Assembly (NCBI RefSeq): GCF_028641065.1
Contig: NC_073391.1
Location: 36,456,001 to 36,520,000 of the forward strand
Length of the DNA stretch: 64,000 bases
Source of the DNA: Leucoraja erinacea
Taxonomy: Eukaryota
Direction: 5' to 3'
The position numbers were made by a program, and so were the translations under genes. Of the stretch, positions 1 through 13,146 are shown in pieces. Within the stretch, counting starts at the first letter, position 1. Each line of letters starts with the position of its first letter. The notes beneath the pieces were generated by a model that saw only the letters and a list, made by a program, of their open reading frames with translations, did not search any database and was not told the origin of the DNA.

Positions 1-3000
1 GTTACCTATTTTCGGTGCAAACCAGTATCTGAAGTTCCTCCCTACTCAAACTATTTTAAACGGGGCTCCCATTGGATGCGCTGGAACATTAGCAACAGCA
101 TAGTCTGTAATGTTGTGGTTCAGCATTTGCCTCACACTAACACTGACATATATATAGCAAGGGTATGAAAGCTGATCCATTGAGAGCAAACCTAGGGAAG
201 CTGTAATGCAGGATTGTTTTACATGCTAGTCATTGCATGTTATAGTCGAGGGAGGCTTCATCCCACGGTGCATATTCATTGGTCAAAGCTGGGATTTTTC
301 TCCTTTTATGCATTTATCAGCATTCTGCCTTTCCCACTCTTTCCACTGCCTTGTGGGGATGGTTGTTGTGGGTTTTCTCATCTACTCCATGGGTCTGATG
401 TCATAGATCTGCTTCTTTTCATGCGTTCCAGGTCTCACTATTTTTTGCTGACAAACCCTTTTGTACACTGGAGAATTCATCCTCTGCTATTGCTGGTGTG
501 ATTTCTTCCAGAGTTGGAGTTGGGTTCTGGTGTCTTTGATTGATTCAGGTCCTTTGATTCTAGGGGTTAAGTAGGCTGTTTATTGGATATCCCTCTCACC
601 CCAATGTCATTCACCCAATCTGTACTGCACCTGAAATATTGACTCTCCACAAATGCTGAGTGTTTTTTGGATTTACTATTTCTGCGTGCAAGATACAACG
701 TGCACTATCACAAAGTATAGGGCTCCATTGAGTGACACAGTTCAACAAGAACAAATTTGTAAACTAAAACTCAACAGTATAGCTCTGTGCTTAACCTTAC
801 CTGCTGCAACATAACACTTTCAATTATTTATGAATCTTTATTGCACCACACAATCCTGTTTCTGGATTTGTGGTTGAGCTTTTATTTACAACATGATCCT
901 TCAATCATCCCACCCGCGCGCGCTTCCACTGAAATTCACTGGGTACATGACTATTGGTACTTGAGAAAGATTTGCAAGTTTTGTCATCACAGGTAATTGA
1001 CTTGTTTTTTCCCTTCAATAATAACAGCAATAACAACTCGCATCAAAAGCATGCTTTCGACACAGCAAAACTACTCTAGTCAATTCATTGCAGCATCTTA
1101 ACAGAACTCTTCTAGTTGCCCTTAGTGAGTTTCCCTGACGTAAAGGACATGTAACCATTCTTATGAAAGTATTGAAAAAATCTGCTCCTCAAAGTTTAAT
1201 ACTGTGTTTCTGGACACATAGGAATACTTTAAATTATCTTCTTTCACTTATTTTGGTCAATTGTGATGTCGGAACAGGATCTAGCTTACTTTGATCTGAT
1301 CCAAACCTTCCCTGACATGCCCCAGGCATAAACAAATGTCATTCCTTGTATGGGAGTCAATATATTGATGTAAGAGTTGGCGATAGAACCGAACAGTAGC
1401 AACATTGTACTATTGAAGGAAATCATTGCTTCTTGTTAGGGTTGAAACATAATATATGTCGGATCTATGGTAGATAAAACCTCATTTATAAAATTTCTCA
1501 TTTATCTTATTCATGTTTGTATGATGAGACTGAGAGATTTTTTACTTAGAAACTGGATCAACAAATGCAGTTTGTATACAAATCAAAAATAAATCTGTCA
1601 TTCCAACTGTTGATACACAGCCTTCTGTCAGCCTGCAACTCCACAATGCAAACAGTAAAACGAGACTTCCAAAATGTGAACCAAATAATAAAAAAATAAT
1701 TAATACGTCCAACATCACAACTATCGCAGTTTAAGAAATATTTAGACAGGTACATGGATAGGACAGGTTTGGAGGGATATGTACCAAATGCACGCAGGTG
1801 GGACTAAAACATTTGGGCGGCACATTGGTGCAGCAGTAGAGTTACTGCCTTACAACGCCAGAAACCTGGGTTTGGTCATGACTATGGGCACTTTCTGTAT
1901 GAAGTTTGTCCATTCTCCCTGTGATCATATGGGTTTTCTCTGGGTGCACTGGTTTCCTCCCACATTCCAAAGACGTGCAGATTCATAGGTTCATTGGCTT
2001 CTGTAAATTGTTCCAAATGTGTAAGATAGAATTAGTGATGGTCGGCACGGACTTGGTGGAGCAAATGGCCTGTTTCCATGCAGTATCTCTAAAAGTAAAC
2101 TCAACTAAATTAAATCTACCCTCCCTGGTTCCTGTAATCTGGACACAAACAACAGAAATAGAAACAGGAATAGGCCATTTGGCTCCTTGTTCATTTTCCA
2201 CCATTCGATAAGATCATAGTTAATTTTATTTTACCTCAGTTATACCTTTCTGCAGCAACCCAAATTCCCTAGATTCCTTCAGAATACATATCTATATTAC
2301 TAAATCTCTGGTGGGGAGGATAGTTAGTGTTTGATGCTGCATGCCGCATCCTCCCCCCCCCCCACAACCGCACGTTGGTCTAGTAAAAATATATATCTGA
2401 GGTAAGGATGGACATATATTCCCCCCAGGGTAAACTATAACCCAATGGGATGAACAGTGAATTTTCAAATTCCCCCTCTGTACCTTTCTCGCCCCTTCAG
2501 CTCCACCCAGGAATTTCCACACGTTTTTTTTCTCGCCCCCCCCCCCCTCCCCCCTCTGCTTCCCTGCTCCACCACCCTCCTATCACCGAGTTTCATCTGC
2601 CCCCTCCCACCGACCGCATCCGCGTGTTACACACATTCTCCTCTGCCGAGTTCCTCCAGCAGTTTGTTTTTTGCGCGGGAGTTCTTCAAACGTCGACGAT
2701 GCCATTTTCAAAAATCAATAACTAACTCCTTCATATTGTTGACATTGAGGGAGAGGTTGTTGTCTTAATACCATGTCGTTAAGATCTCTATCTTCTTCCG
2801 TATTCTTCCTCTGTATTCTGTCTCGTCATTGTTCAAAATGGGGCCCACTGCAGTGGCCTCATCTGCTAACATGTAATTGGAGTTCGAGCAACATTTGGCC
2901 GTACGGTCGTAAGTGTATCGGGAGTTGAGTAAGATGCTGAGAACAAATCCTTGGGGAGCACCATTGTTCAGAATTATCCTGGAGGATGTTTTGTCACCTA

Positions 3001-6000
3001 TCGTCACTGAAAAGGATTGGATATGTCTATGGATTCAAGGATTCAGTGGCAGAAGAGATGCTTACTCCTCGGTCCTGGAGTTTGGAGACGGGCTTTGTGG
3101 ATCAGACAATCCAGCTAATCACAGCCAACGCCTGATATTGCAGGTCCACAGTTTCTGCAGTATCACAGTTTTATATCTATTAGATATCAAAGTGTGCTTC
3201 AACAGCTCCTGTCTGTGTTGTGACTTTGCATAAGTGAAGCAGAATGGGTGAATGAAGGCTGTAGGGGTCAGATTAGGTCACGCCACAAAGAAGGTGCCAC
3301 AAATGGTTGTTGGAGGATTTGTGGTTTGTGAGTCAGGGAGGGAGTGCACCAGATTGAGAGAGAAAAATAAGTGTGAGTGGCATGGGGAATGGACAATAGG
3401 TGTAGGAGTAGGCCATTCGGCCCTTTGAGCCAGCACGGCCATTCAACATGATCATGGCCGATCTTACCTCGTTCCTGCTTTTTCCCCAGATCCCTTGATT
3501 CCGTCAGCCCTTCCTCTATATCTAACTCTCTCTTGAATGAAAGTGAGAATAGGTATAGGCTGGAAAATAATGGTGCTGGGGGTGTGGGCACTGATGGAGG
3601 GCAATTTAGTCAGGCAGGTGATAGTGTGGGTGGGTCAGATAGGAATTTGGGGCATAGGGCAACTTGTTTGGGGGGGGGGGGGGAGGGAGAATGATTGCCC
3701 CCGAAGATGGTAGTTGGTGAGTGTCTCGTTAGCATAGTTAAAGTTTGTTTCAACAAGGACGGCCCACGTTATCAACAGGGTAAGCGTGCATGCACCGGAA
3801 GCATGGAAGTGCAACCAGCCATGCAGTGCTCATCAATGAATGCCTCTACACGTCCAGGATCCTCCATGCATTAGTAGGTCACAAAGACAGAGGTCCCAGG
3901 AGAAAGAAAACGCAGTCTGCATACAACTAGCAGTCACGCCAGAATCACATAATGCTTACAATGTTGAAGGGCACCGTTCCACCCATTGAGCGCATCAGAC
4001 TATTCAAAAATAATCCATCCAGCTTCTCCCCGGAGCTCAGAAAAGCAATTTATTTCAACTATGGTTATTTGACTGCCGTAGGTTGCCAATTTAGGTAAGT
4101 GAGAGGTAGTATCAGGTTAGAGATGATGGAAATGTGGGGAGTATGGGTAAAGAAAAAAATATGAGCTAATGGGATAGCTCTGTGGGCAGGTATTGACTGT
4201 TGGGCCAAAATATTTGCCATTTATGTAAGAAGAAAATACGAAAAAGTTCCTATTTGAACACCATTCTGAACTGCCTCCAGCACTCCCCACACAGTCAATG
4301 CTAGATTCCAAACACACACTGTTGAAAGGTGTTAATCTTTCTGTCAGTTTAGGTTGTTTTGACAATCGCTTTCAAGCATTGGTTCTTGATCCTGCCAACA
4401 AACACAGTCTCTGAGCAGTCTGAAGAAGGGTCTCGACCTGAAATGTCGTCCTTTCCTTCTCTCCAGAGATGCTGCCTCACCCGTTGAGTTACTCCAGCAT
4501 TTTGTGTCTACCCTTTCTCTGCCTGCACTGTCTATACCCTCATGATTTATCTATTAGTTTAGTTTGTTTTAGAGATACAGTGAGGAAACAGGCCCTTCGG
4601 CCCCCCGGGTCTGCGCCGACCAGTGATCCCCGCATATTAACACTATCCTACACATACAGGGGACAAGTTTTACATTTATCAAGCCAATTTACATACCTGT
4701 ATGTCTTTGGAGTGTGAGAGGAAACCGAAAATCTCGGAGAAAACCCACGCAGGTTACAGGGAGAACATAGAAACTCCGTACGGACAGCACCCGTACCGTA
4801 GTTGGGTTTTAACCCGGGTCTCCGGCGCTCCATTTGCTGTAAGGTAGCAACTCTACCTCTGCGCCACCGTGCCACCCATTCTGATCACAACATCTTCTGT
4901 CCCATGGACAACATGCCTGCTTCTACGGTTGGTCTTTGTAACTGATGCCTCTTATCCCTGGAATCATTCTGGTAGATCTCTATTGCCCCTCTGCAAAGGT
5001 TTCACATCCTCTTTACAGTGTTATGCCCAGGCCTGATGCAATACTTCCCTCGCATCCAAACCAGGTTCATCATAACTTCCTTGCTCTTTAATACTTTATG
5101 TATCTGTTTACAAAGCCCATCTACTTTTTAAAACTCATCCTCCCGCCTGCCATTTTCAATGAGGTGTGCGCCTAGCCCCTCAGATCCCTCTCGTATCCTG
5201 TTTCGAATTTTGTCCTTTCTTTTACATCACAACTTGTCATTCTTCTCGTGAAAAGGTATCACTTTATATTTTTGTACATTAAACATAATCTGCCTATTCC
5301 GTTGTATTATCTACATCTCCTTGAAGACCATTATAATCCTCCTCACAATTCACTATGTCTCCAGGTTTTATGTCATCTACAAATTAGAAAATAAAGTCCT
5401 GCCAAGGAAGTCCAAGTCACTGAGACGTACAAAGAGAAGCAGTGGCCTTAGTAGTAGTCTCTGGGGGACTCCACTGTACACCTTCCTCCAGCCCGAGAAG
5501 CAAGCTGTCGCTATTACTCCACGTTTCCTGTCGCACAGTCAAGTTTTTACCCATGTTGTTGCAGATCTTTTTATTTCATGGGCTTCAATCTCGCAATGAC
5601 AAACTTATTTTGTGGCAGTCTACAAAAACACATCTTCAAAGGCTGATTACACCACACCAAATGCAATTCCCTCATTGACCCTGTCTGTTACCTCATCACT
5701 GAACTGGCACTTTAAGTAAGCAAACTTTTTCTCTAATGAATCCAGGCTGGTTTGCTCAAATCAATCTACACTTGTCTAAGGGAGTGCTAATTCCGTCCCT
5801 GAATATTATTTCCTGAGGTTTTCCTTTCAGCAAGGTTGAAATCAGAGATTATCAGAGATTTTCCCTTGCCGTTGGTTTTTCATTGAAACTGAATTACTTA
5901 GCTCACAGAAGTGTGACGTGTCATTGTCTAATTTCTCAGCATTGGATTTTATTATACCATTTGATTTGAGTTTGCTCCTGCTGGTAATTTTTCTATGAAA

Positions 6001-6319
6001 TGCTATCCCAGTTTGCCCAGGTATTTTATCCCACTGATATTTCTCTTTTGAGTCTAGCTCACAAACTGGGTTGAGTTCTGTCATTGCTGAAGTTGGGCCT
6101 AGATTGATAAAGCCTTGGGGCAAAGTTATGACTGTGTCCAAAGGTATAAAATGGATGAAAACAAGTTTCCAGCGTGTTTATGATGCTCCTAATTATGTGT
6201 CACACAGTCTTTGGTGAATAGGCAGTTGAGTAGTCCTGTTCAATTAATTCTTTATTGTGACGGAAATATTTGTTCTACATGCTATTCATCAAAGCCTACG
6301 ATACATGGGTACAATAGAG

Positions 6320-6730
6320 TGAAGAACTAGATGGTGTCTAATGTTGTGCTTCTATGTAAGGAAGAGCTGCAAGGAAAATCCCCGGAGTTATAGGCCAGTG
6401 AGCCTAACATCTGTGGTAGGCAAGTTACCGGAGAGGATTCTGAGGGATAAGATATATGTGTATTTGGACAGACAGGGGCTGATTAGGGATAGTCAGCATG
6501 GTTTTGTACATAGGAGATTGTGTCTTATGAATTCGATGTGAATTTTCTGAAGAAGTAAACAAAAAGGTTGATGGGAACAAAGCCATAGAAGTTGTCTACG
6601 GATTTCTGCTAAGCATTTGATAAGGTTCTGCATGCTACATTGCTCTGAAAGGTCAGATCGCATGGGATCCATGAGAGCGAGCCCACTCGATGTAAAATTG
6701 GATTCATGGGAGGAAGCAGAGGGTGATGGA
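6320..6730 (+). mobile_element. CR1 LINE RT fragment
   Basis: NPRSYRPVSLTSVVGKL.ERILRDKIY..L..QGLIRDSQHGF. Other CR1 RT remnants at ~4890-6150(-), 57500-57860(+), 58190-59220(+) and 42910-43300(+). Confidence 0.85.
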
Positions 6731-8965
6731 CCAAGGGATCTCTATCCTTGTTCTGTCAGAGGGTGAGGGGGAGCAAGCGCAGAACTACAGGACAGAGGAG
6801 ACGGGCATTAGGGATTCAACTTGATTAGTGTAGACCTCAGTCGATAGTCTGTCCCCTGTGATGGGGAGAGAGGTATCGGTTCAAATGAATTTAAGGGCAG
6901 GGTGAGAGTTAGTGGTAAAGCAAATGAAATTACCAGGAGGCAGCCCGAATGCAGTCGCCAATGTTGTGGAGAAAGAGTTTGGGGATGATTCCAGTGTACG
7001 TTTGGGACAAGGACTATTCAACGTAACCAACAAACCTACTGGTGTAGCTGTGGCCCATGCGAGTGCCCATGGCTACACCTTTAACTTGGAGAAAGCAAGA
7101 GTTGTCAAAGGAGAAATTGTTGAGGGTGAGGACAAGAACTACCAGGCGGAGGTGAGTGTTAGTTGAGGGAAATTGACTGATTGATTGAAAAAACATACTT
7201 GGTTAATAATAAAGTATGATTAATATTATTATAGAAACATAGACATAGAAACATAGAAATTAGGTGCAGTAGTAGGCCATTCAGCCCTTCGAGCCTGCAC
7301 CGCCATTCAATATGATCATGGCTGATCATCCAACTCAGTATCCCGTACCTGCCTTCTCTCCATACCCTCTGATCCCCTTAGCCACAAGGGCCACATCTAA
7401 CTCCCTCTTAAATATAGCCAATGAACTGGCCTCAACTACACTCTGTGGCAGAGAGTTCCAGAGATTCACCACTCTCTGTGTGAAAAAAGTTTTTCTCATC
7501 TTGGTTTTAAAGGATTTCCCCCTTATCCTTAAGCTGTGACCCCTTGTCCTGGACTTCCCCAACATCGGGAATATGTTGATTTATTATGATTAAGATGATG
7601 ATCAAGTAAGAACTGGAGGGCCTTGATACCTTCCTGGTGGAGGATGGAGGTGTAAAGGGACTGGACATCCATGGTAAAGATGAGGCAATGGGGGCCGGGA
7701 ACGGCAAGTTGTTGAAGTAATGAAGGGCGTGTGAGGTGTGTGAGGTGTTTCGAATGTAGGTCAGAAGGGACTTGGCAAGGGGGCATAGGATGGAATTAAG
7801 GTATTTGGAGATGAGTTCTGTGGGGCAGGAACAAGCAGAGACAATGAGTCTGCCAGGGCAGTCCTGTTTGTGGATTTTGGGAAGGAGATTGAAGCAGTCT
7901 AGGGCTGTGAAACAATAAGCAGGAGACCAGAACTCTGTGCAGTTTTGCAGTTTCTAAGGGTGTTTTGCATCATGGCCTATTTAGATCCAGTATTCACACT
8001 TAGCCATATTTAAACTAATTTGCCATTTACACAAATTTACCAAAAGTTGGAAATGTACTGAGTTTGCGTTTGGGTTCACCTTGGTCATGTTGAGAGCACC
8101 AAATGTAACAGACAAGGTTGGAGGAGGAGCATGTGATTCATTGCCTGACCTGGAAGGGCTGTTTGGGTCAATTGATGGTAGTGAGCGCAGAGGTGTAGAT
8201 AAAGTGTTAATGGGGAAAGTGCCAGGGGAAAGGGGGGGGTGGGTGGGTGGGTTGGGACAAGCGAATCAGGGATTCACACCGAGAATGGTCCCCATGGAAA
8301 GGGGAAAGGGGAAGATGTGACTGGTGCTGGGGTTCTGTTGCAATTGGCTTCAATGACAGAGGGTGGCACGCTGAATGCGGGGAGGCTGCTTGGGTGAAAG
8401 ATGAGCATCAAGGGAATACTCTCTGTTCTGTGTGGGGCGGAATAGGGATAAGAGCAGAAGTCCGAGAAACGGAGGAGATTCGAATGAGTGCTCCTTCAAC
8501 CACAGAGAAGTGCTAGCCACGTTTCACAGAGAAGGAGGGCATTTCTGAAGTCCATGAGAGGAAAGCCTTATCTTGAGAACAGATGTGATGTTAATAGGAA
8601 ATGTCAACAGAGTACAGAGGAGATTTACTAGAATGTTGCCTGGGGTTTCAACAACTGGATAATAAGTTAGGTCCTTTATTCTCGTGAGCGCAGAAGAGAT
8701 GAAGAAACTGGGGGAAAAAGGGACAAAGTCCTTACAAGAGAATGGATGGGATGAGTGAAGTCAAGGTAACTGTGGGAGTCGGTGAATTTAGAATAAATGT
8801 CAGTATCTCGTTTGTATCCTGAGATGGAGATCCCGAAAAGAGAAACATAGAAACATAAAAAATATATATGTTTTTGTTAGAAATGGTCTAAGCAAATGTA
8901 AAGGGCCGGGTGGAAGCAAAGGTGCTAAAATTGATGTGTTCCGCAGGATTGCAGGAGGCAGCAGT
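6730..8965 (-). mobile_element. Penelope-like RT fragments (rearranged, interrupted by a CR1 3' end)
   Basis: LVLTLNNFSFD..FLQVKGVAMGTRMG and LIFTMDVQSLYTSI are PLE RT motifs. Confidence 0.8.
7231..7575 (-). mobile_element. Young CR1 (HER1-like) 3' end with (CATAGAAA)n tail
   Basis: RTRGHSLRIRG..F...MRKTFFTQRVVNLWNSLP. Related copies at 16970-17332(+), 25318-25673(-), 43345-43662(+), 47614-47970(-), 54015-54190(-), 12275-12540(-) and 3390-3540(-). Confidence 0.88.
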
Positions 8966-9972
8966 GTGTCAGGCTGATTTGAATGTTATGATTTAACTTG
9001 ATAGATTTTTTCTTCTGCTACGTAAAGCTCTGCCATTATAAAAAACATGTTAGCCCGAGGCAAGCAAAGCCATTTGAACAAATTTATATTAGTTCTGCTT
9101 TCTCGCCAGTAACAAATTATTCAAAGGCTCAACTATTCATATGTTTGAATTTGAGGTTTGGTGTTTTATTTTCATGGATTTCGTGGTTCTCGTCACCAAA
9201 ACTATTTGTGTACAGATTCAATGTAGGTGACTGTGGTGGAAATAGCCGAAAACCAAACAATCATAATGCACGTGATTGTCATTTATAACACATATGAAGA
9301 GACCGGCCCACTACTGTCAATGCTCTAGATGTAGAAACATTTAGATCAGATGTCAGGGGATAGTAAGGCTAATGCCCTGTTGGTTGGAAGAATGGAAAAT
9401 TTCACTCCTGCTCTGAAGATTTTAAGGGCTTTAATAAAATCTAGAAATGCTTTAATCCAGATGTGAACAGAGAGATGTTATTTAAACCAGGTATTAATGA
9501 ATGGACACAAAATGCTGCAATAACTCAGCGGGTCAGGCAGCATCTCTGGAGAAAAAGAGTTGGTGATGTTTCGGGTGGAAACCTTTCTCCAGACTGAGAG
9601 TCAGGGGAGAGGGAAGCAGGAGGTAAGGAATTGGTCCGAATAAATCAGAGCCAGCACTGATGACCAAGGAAAGGTCGAGCCTACAATAGTCCATTGTTGG
9701 TTGTGGAAGAGGTGATAACAAAGGAATACATAGATGCGAACAGTGGAACTGGCAGGATGACTAGGGTAGGGGAGGGAGGGAATGCAGGGGGTACTTGAAA
9801 TTAGAGAAATCAAATTTGATACTGCTTGGTTGTGAATTGCCCAACCAAAATATGAGGTGCTGTTCCTCCAATTTGCAAGTGACCTTACTCCAATCTAACA
9901 GCAGGCCTGCCAACATTGGGTGAGAGTTGGGAGTGAGAAATTGCGAGAGACCAAGCTTGAGAGAGCGTAGCA

Positions 9973-10020
<48 letters not shown>
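9973..10020. repeat. G48 homopolymer
   Basis: Directly visible; lies inside the left end of the hAT element. Confidence 0.95.
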
Positions 10021-10021
<1 letters not shown>

Positions 10022-12647
10022 TAAGGGGAAGGAGTGGGAGGGGGGGGAGGTGTGGGAGGGGGTTTCCCCCCTCCCATTGGTACAAAGCTTTTGCATTTTT
10101 CAGCTTGAAATTGTGCAATCTGGTTCATACTTTAGCGAGTCTTTCAATTTACACTTGAATGCAATATTTATGCTTTAAATTGGATTAGCTATGAATAAGG
10201 TTAGGTTAAATTGTATTCCTAATTACATTCCACAGTAGAGCCAGGCTCTGATCAACAGGTGCAGCACATGAATGATCTTAGTATATTCATGTATGGAAAT
10301 CAGATTATAATCAAATACTTGGCCCATGTTGACCAACCTCGGTCTCACTGCACACCTGGTACTACTCCTGATCCTGGCTCCAGTTGCATACCTTCTCTCA
10401 TTCATGACCCTGAGTCCAGCCTTACACATGGCCCCTATTCTACCCTGATCATACCTGATTACCTGCTTAAGTTCCCAGTGCTGAACACTCCTATTGTCCC
10501 AGCTTTGACTGCACACCTAGTATTATTCCAGACCTTGACTCTGGATGCACACTTGGCCTTGCTCCTAGCCCCTCTACACTGACAATATATCTGACCCCCT
10601 GGACTTAACCTATTACATTCAAGTCCACAGGTGCTTATCTAATCTTTATGCTAATCTTTTATGGGGCACTTCAGACCAAATTTTGTATAACAACATTTGC
10701 TACATCCATTGGCTTCATTGTTATCTAACATGCTAGCTACTTTGTCAAATTAGTCATCAATCGATGAACACAATTTCTCATCCAGAAAATTATACCCACT
10801 CAGCTGTATAATAATTCTGTTACCATTTCCTTCATTTTCCTAACAAACTGTCCTGAAGTCCCAATATTTTCAGCATTTTGCTGTCTTCCTCTCAGCTGGG
10901 ACTTTTCCGAAATGCAAAGTCCAATAAGTATATATTTAAGCAATATTATTCTATTAAATGTGACCTTGAGAGTACATAATATTTTCTGTGGTATTTATGA
11001 TAAAAATATATTTGTTTTGATTGGACCTACCAACATGAATACATTATTATATTACAGTTAATATGTACTGAGGGCAAATTTGTGTTCCAATGCTCCCCAT
11101 TCCCAATTACTTTTACATTGAAGTGATTGAAATCCAAGTGAAGTTTAAATGTCAGAAAAATAAAACCTCCGGAATGGATGATATTCATTCCATGGTTGGT
11201 TGGAGTCAGTATCAGCACAATTACTATATTAAACTTTGAATCTTCAGATGTCCTGGTTAAAGCTAAAATAAAGACAAATAATAATCTTCTCACACATTTC
11301 CCTGCAAGTATCTCTATCACTCCTTTAAAATATGCCCCTTCTATGAACAAGCTCTTAAACATCGCATCTGAATCAGTTTCCATCTGATTACACTCCTTGA
11401 AGATGTTCATCTGGGTGTACAATTAATAACACAATGAGATTGGGGACATTTCTATTCAACCTGTCAAAGGAATTGGGGGGGTGGGTTTAGAAATAGTCAG
11501 TGAGGTAAACAATCATAATAGTTGAGTGGCAAATGACAATAGTGCTACCTTCCCAATATTTAACTGAAGGAAATAATGGGTTATCAGGGCTGTATGATGT
11601 GACAGACGCCTTGCATGTGATTTTAATATTACACTTATCCCATCCCCCTGGATATTCCGTATTAATAAATTAAGGTTTTGTCAACTAATTACAAATCAAT
11701 AACATTAGCCAACTCTGAAACACGAAGCGCTGAGCATTGGGATCCAGACATCACGGACAACTGGCCTCAGTTCCCCGCTCACGTTTGGCAGTGCTCTCTG
11801 TCTGAACCAGGGGCCATGGAGCATTTTTGAAAGTGGGGAGACTGACGATCACTGATCACTGGCCTTGGGGGTACCCGGTGAGGGAGTGGAGCAACCAAGT
11901 AGCGGGAGGGTGTGGGAGGGCGATGTCCCCCTCCCACGCTAGGGTCTTTTAAAATTTGATGTATTAAAAGCATGTTTTATTGCATTGTAGAAGTACGATT
12001 TCAATTGTTTTTGTTTGAAGTATTTTTAAGAGGTAATTTTTTAAGGAGAAACTTTTTCGACACAAAGGGTGGTGGGTATATGGAACAAGCTGCCAGAGGA
12101 GGTAGTTGAGGCAGGGACTATCCCAACATTTAAGAAACAGTTAGACTGATACATGGATAGGACAGGTTTGGAGGGATATGGACCAAAAGCAGGTAGTGTA
12201 GCTGGGACATGTTGGCGGGTGTGGGCAAGTTGCGCCGAAGGGCCTGTTTTCACACTGTATCACTCTATGACTACATTATACCTCCACCATGCATGTACCT
12301 CTTTCCTGTTTTTCCCCCATATCCCTTGATTTCCCTGGCACCAAGAGCTAAATGTAACTCTCTCTTGAAAACATCCAGTGAATTGGCCTCCACTGCCTTC
12401 TGTGGCAGAGAATTCCACAGATTCACAACTCTCTGCATGAAGAAAGTTTGTCCTCATCTCAGTCCTAACTGGCCGACCCTTTATTCTTCAACTGTGACCC
12501 CTGGTTCTGAACTTCCCCAACATCGGGAACATTTTTCCCGCAGTTACACTAAGTGAATATCTAGCAGGCAAGCAGTATGCTTTCTCCAACCACCCCCATG
12601 TGAAGGCCACTATCTTCCACTGTTTCTACCCAGTGCTTGGTTCTTAC

Positions 12648-12887
12648 TTCCAGCAGCCACTGGTTGTTCTCCAGGATGCACCGAATCGCGGCCTGATCCA
12701 TGCCGGTCACCTGGGCGAATTTGGCACAGAGACTCAAGGCAGTGGAGCAACGCTTCAGACGGCCCGGTACTCTTGCACAGAGGCTGCTCCATGGCCGGAG
12801 CTGCAGCGAGCGACTTGCCAGCCCACCAAACACTCGCCAGCCCCGGCTCCCCGTCCACATCTGTCCCCACCACTGTTTCGCTTCCAT
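12648..12887 (-). pseudogene. Captured first-exon fragment encoding a TDP2-like N-terminal UBA-like domain
   Basis: Open 80-codon ATG-started frame ending LCAKFAQVTGMDQAAIRCILENNQWLLE|gtaaga. It matches the recalled TDP2 pattern LCxxFAxxTxxDxAxxxCxLxxNxWxxE and ends at a consensus phase-0 donor; GC/CpG-rich. Confidence 0.6.
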
Positions 12888-13146
12888 CCCTCCCGCGGCC
12901 CATGCAGTTTTGAAATTTTCGTTGCACAGAATTTCTCACGACAGAGCGTGAGAAATTTGTGATCAGCGTGAGAGCGTAAGAGTGTGAGAATTTGGCAAAA
13001 TGCGTCATTCTAACGCTCAATGCGTGAGAGTTGGCAGCACTCTAATAGTGGAGAAGGCCTAGGACAGAAAGGTCACGATGGGAGTGGGAACTGGAGTTAA
13101 AATGTTTGTCAACTCGGAGATATCATCGGCCAAGGCGCAATGGACA

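Larger units (their letters stand above)
9902..13040. mobile_element. Non-autonomous hAT-type DNA transposon with captured cargo
   Basis: Ends CAGGCCTGCCAAC / GTTGGCAGCAC; 8-bp TSD tctaacag (9894-9901) / tctaatag (13041-48); subterminal (GC)GTGAGA repeats at both ends. It splits a Penelope fragment that is contiguous in another copy at 52681-52745. Confidence 0.8.
9508..13138 (-). mobile_element. Penelope-like element 3' portion (GIY-YIG end + hammerhead terminal repeat), split by the hAT element
   Basis: KLEEQHLIFWLGNSQP motif, reverse-strand hammerhead-like core at ~9562-9597, and flanking direct repeat aatggaca (9500-07 / 13139-46). Confidence 0.75.

Noticed and set aside
9761-10178. Poly-Pro/poly-Gly ORFs
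   Set aside because: Artefact of the G48 run; the same applies to ORFs across the G/C runs at 41.0-42.0 kb.
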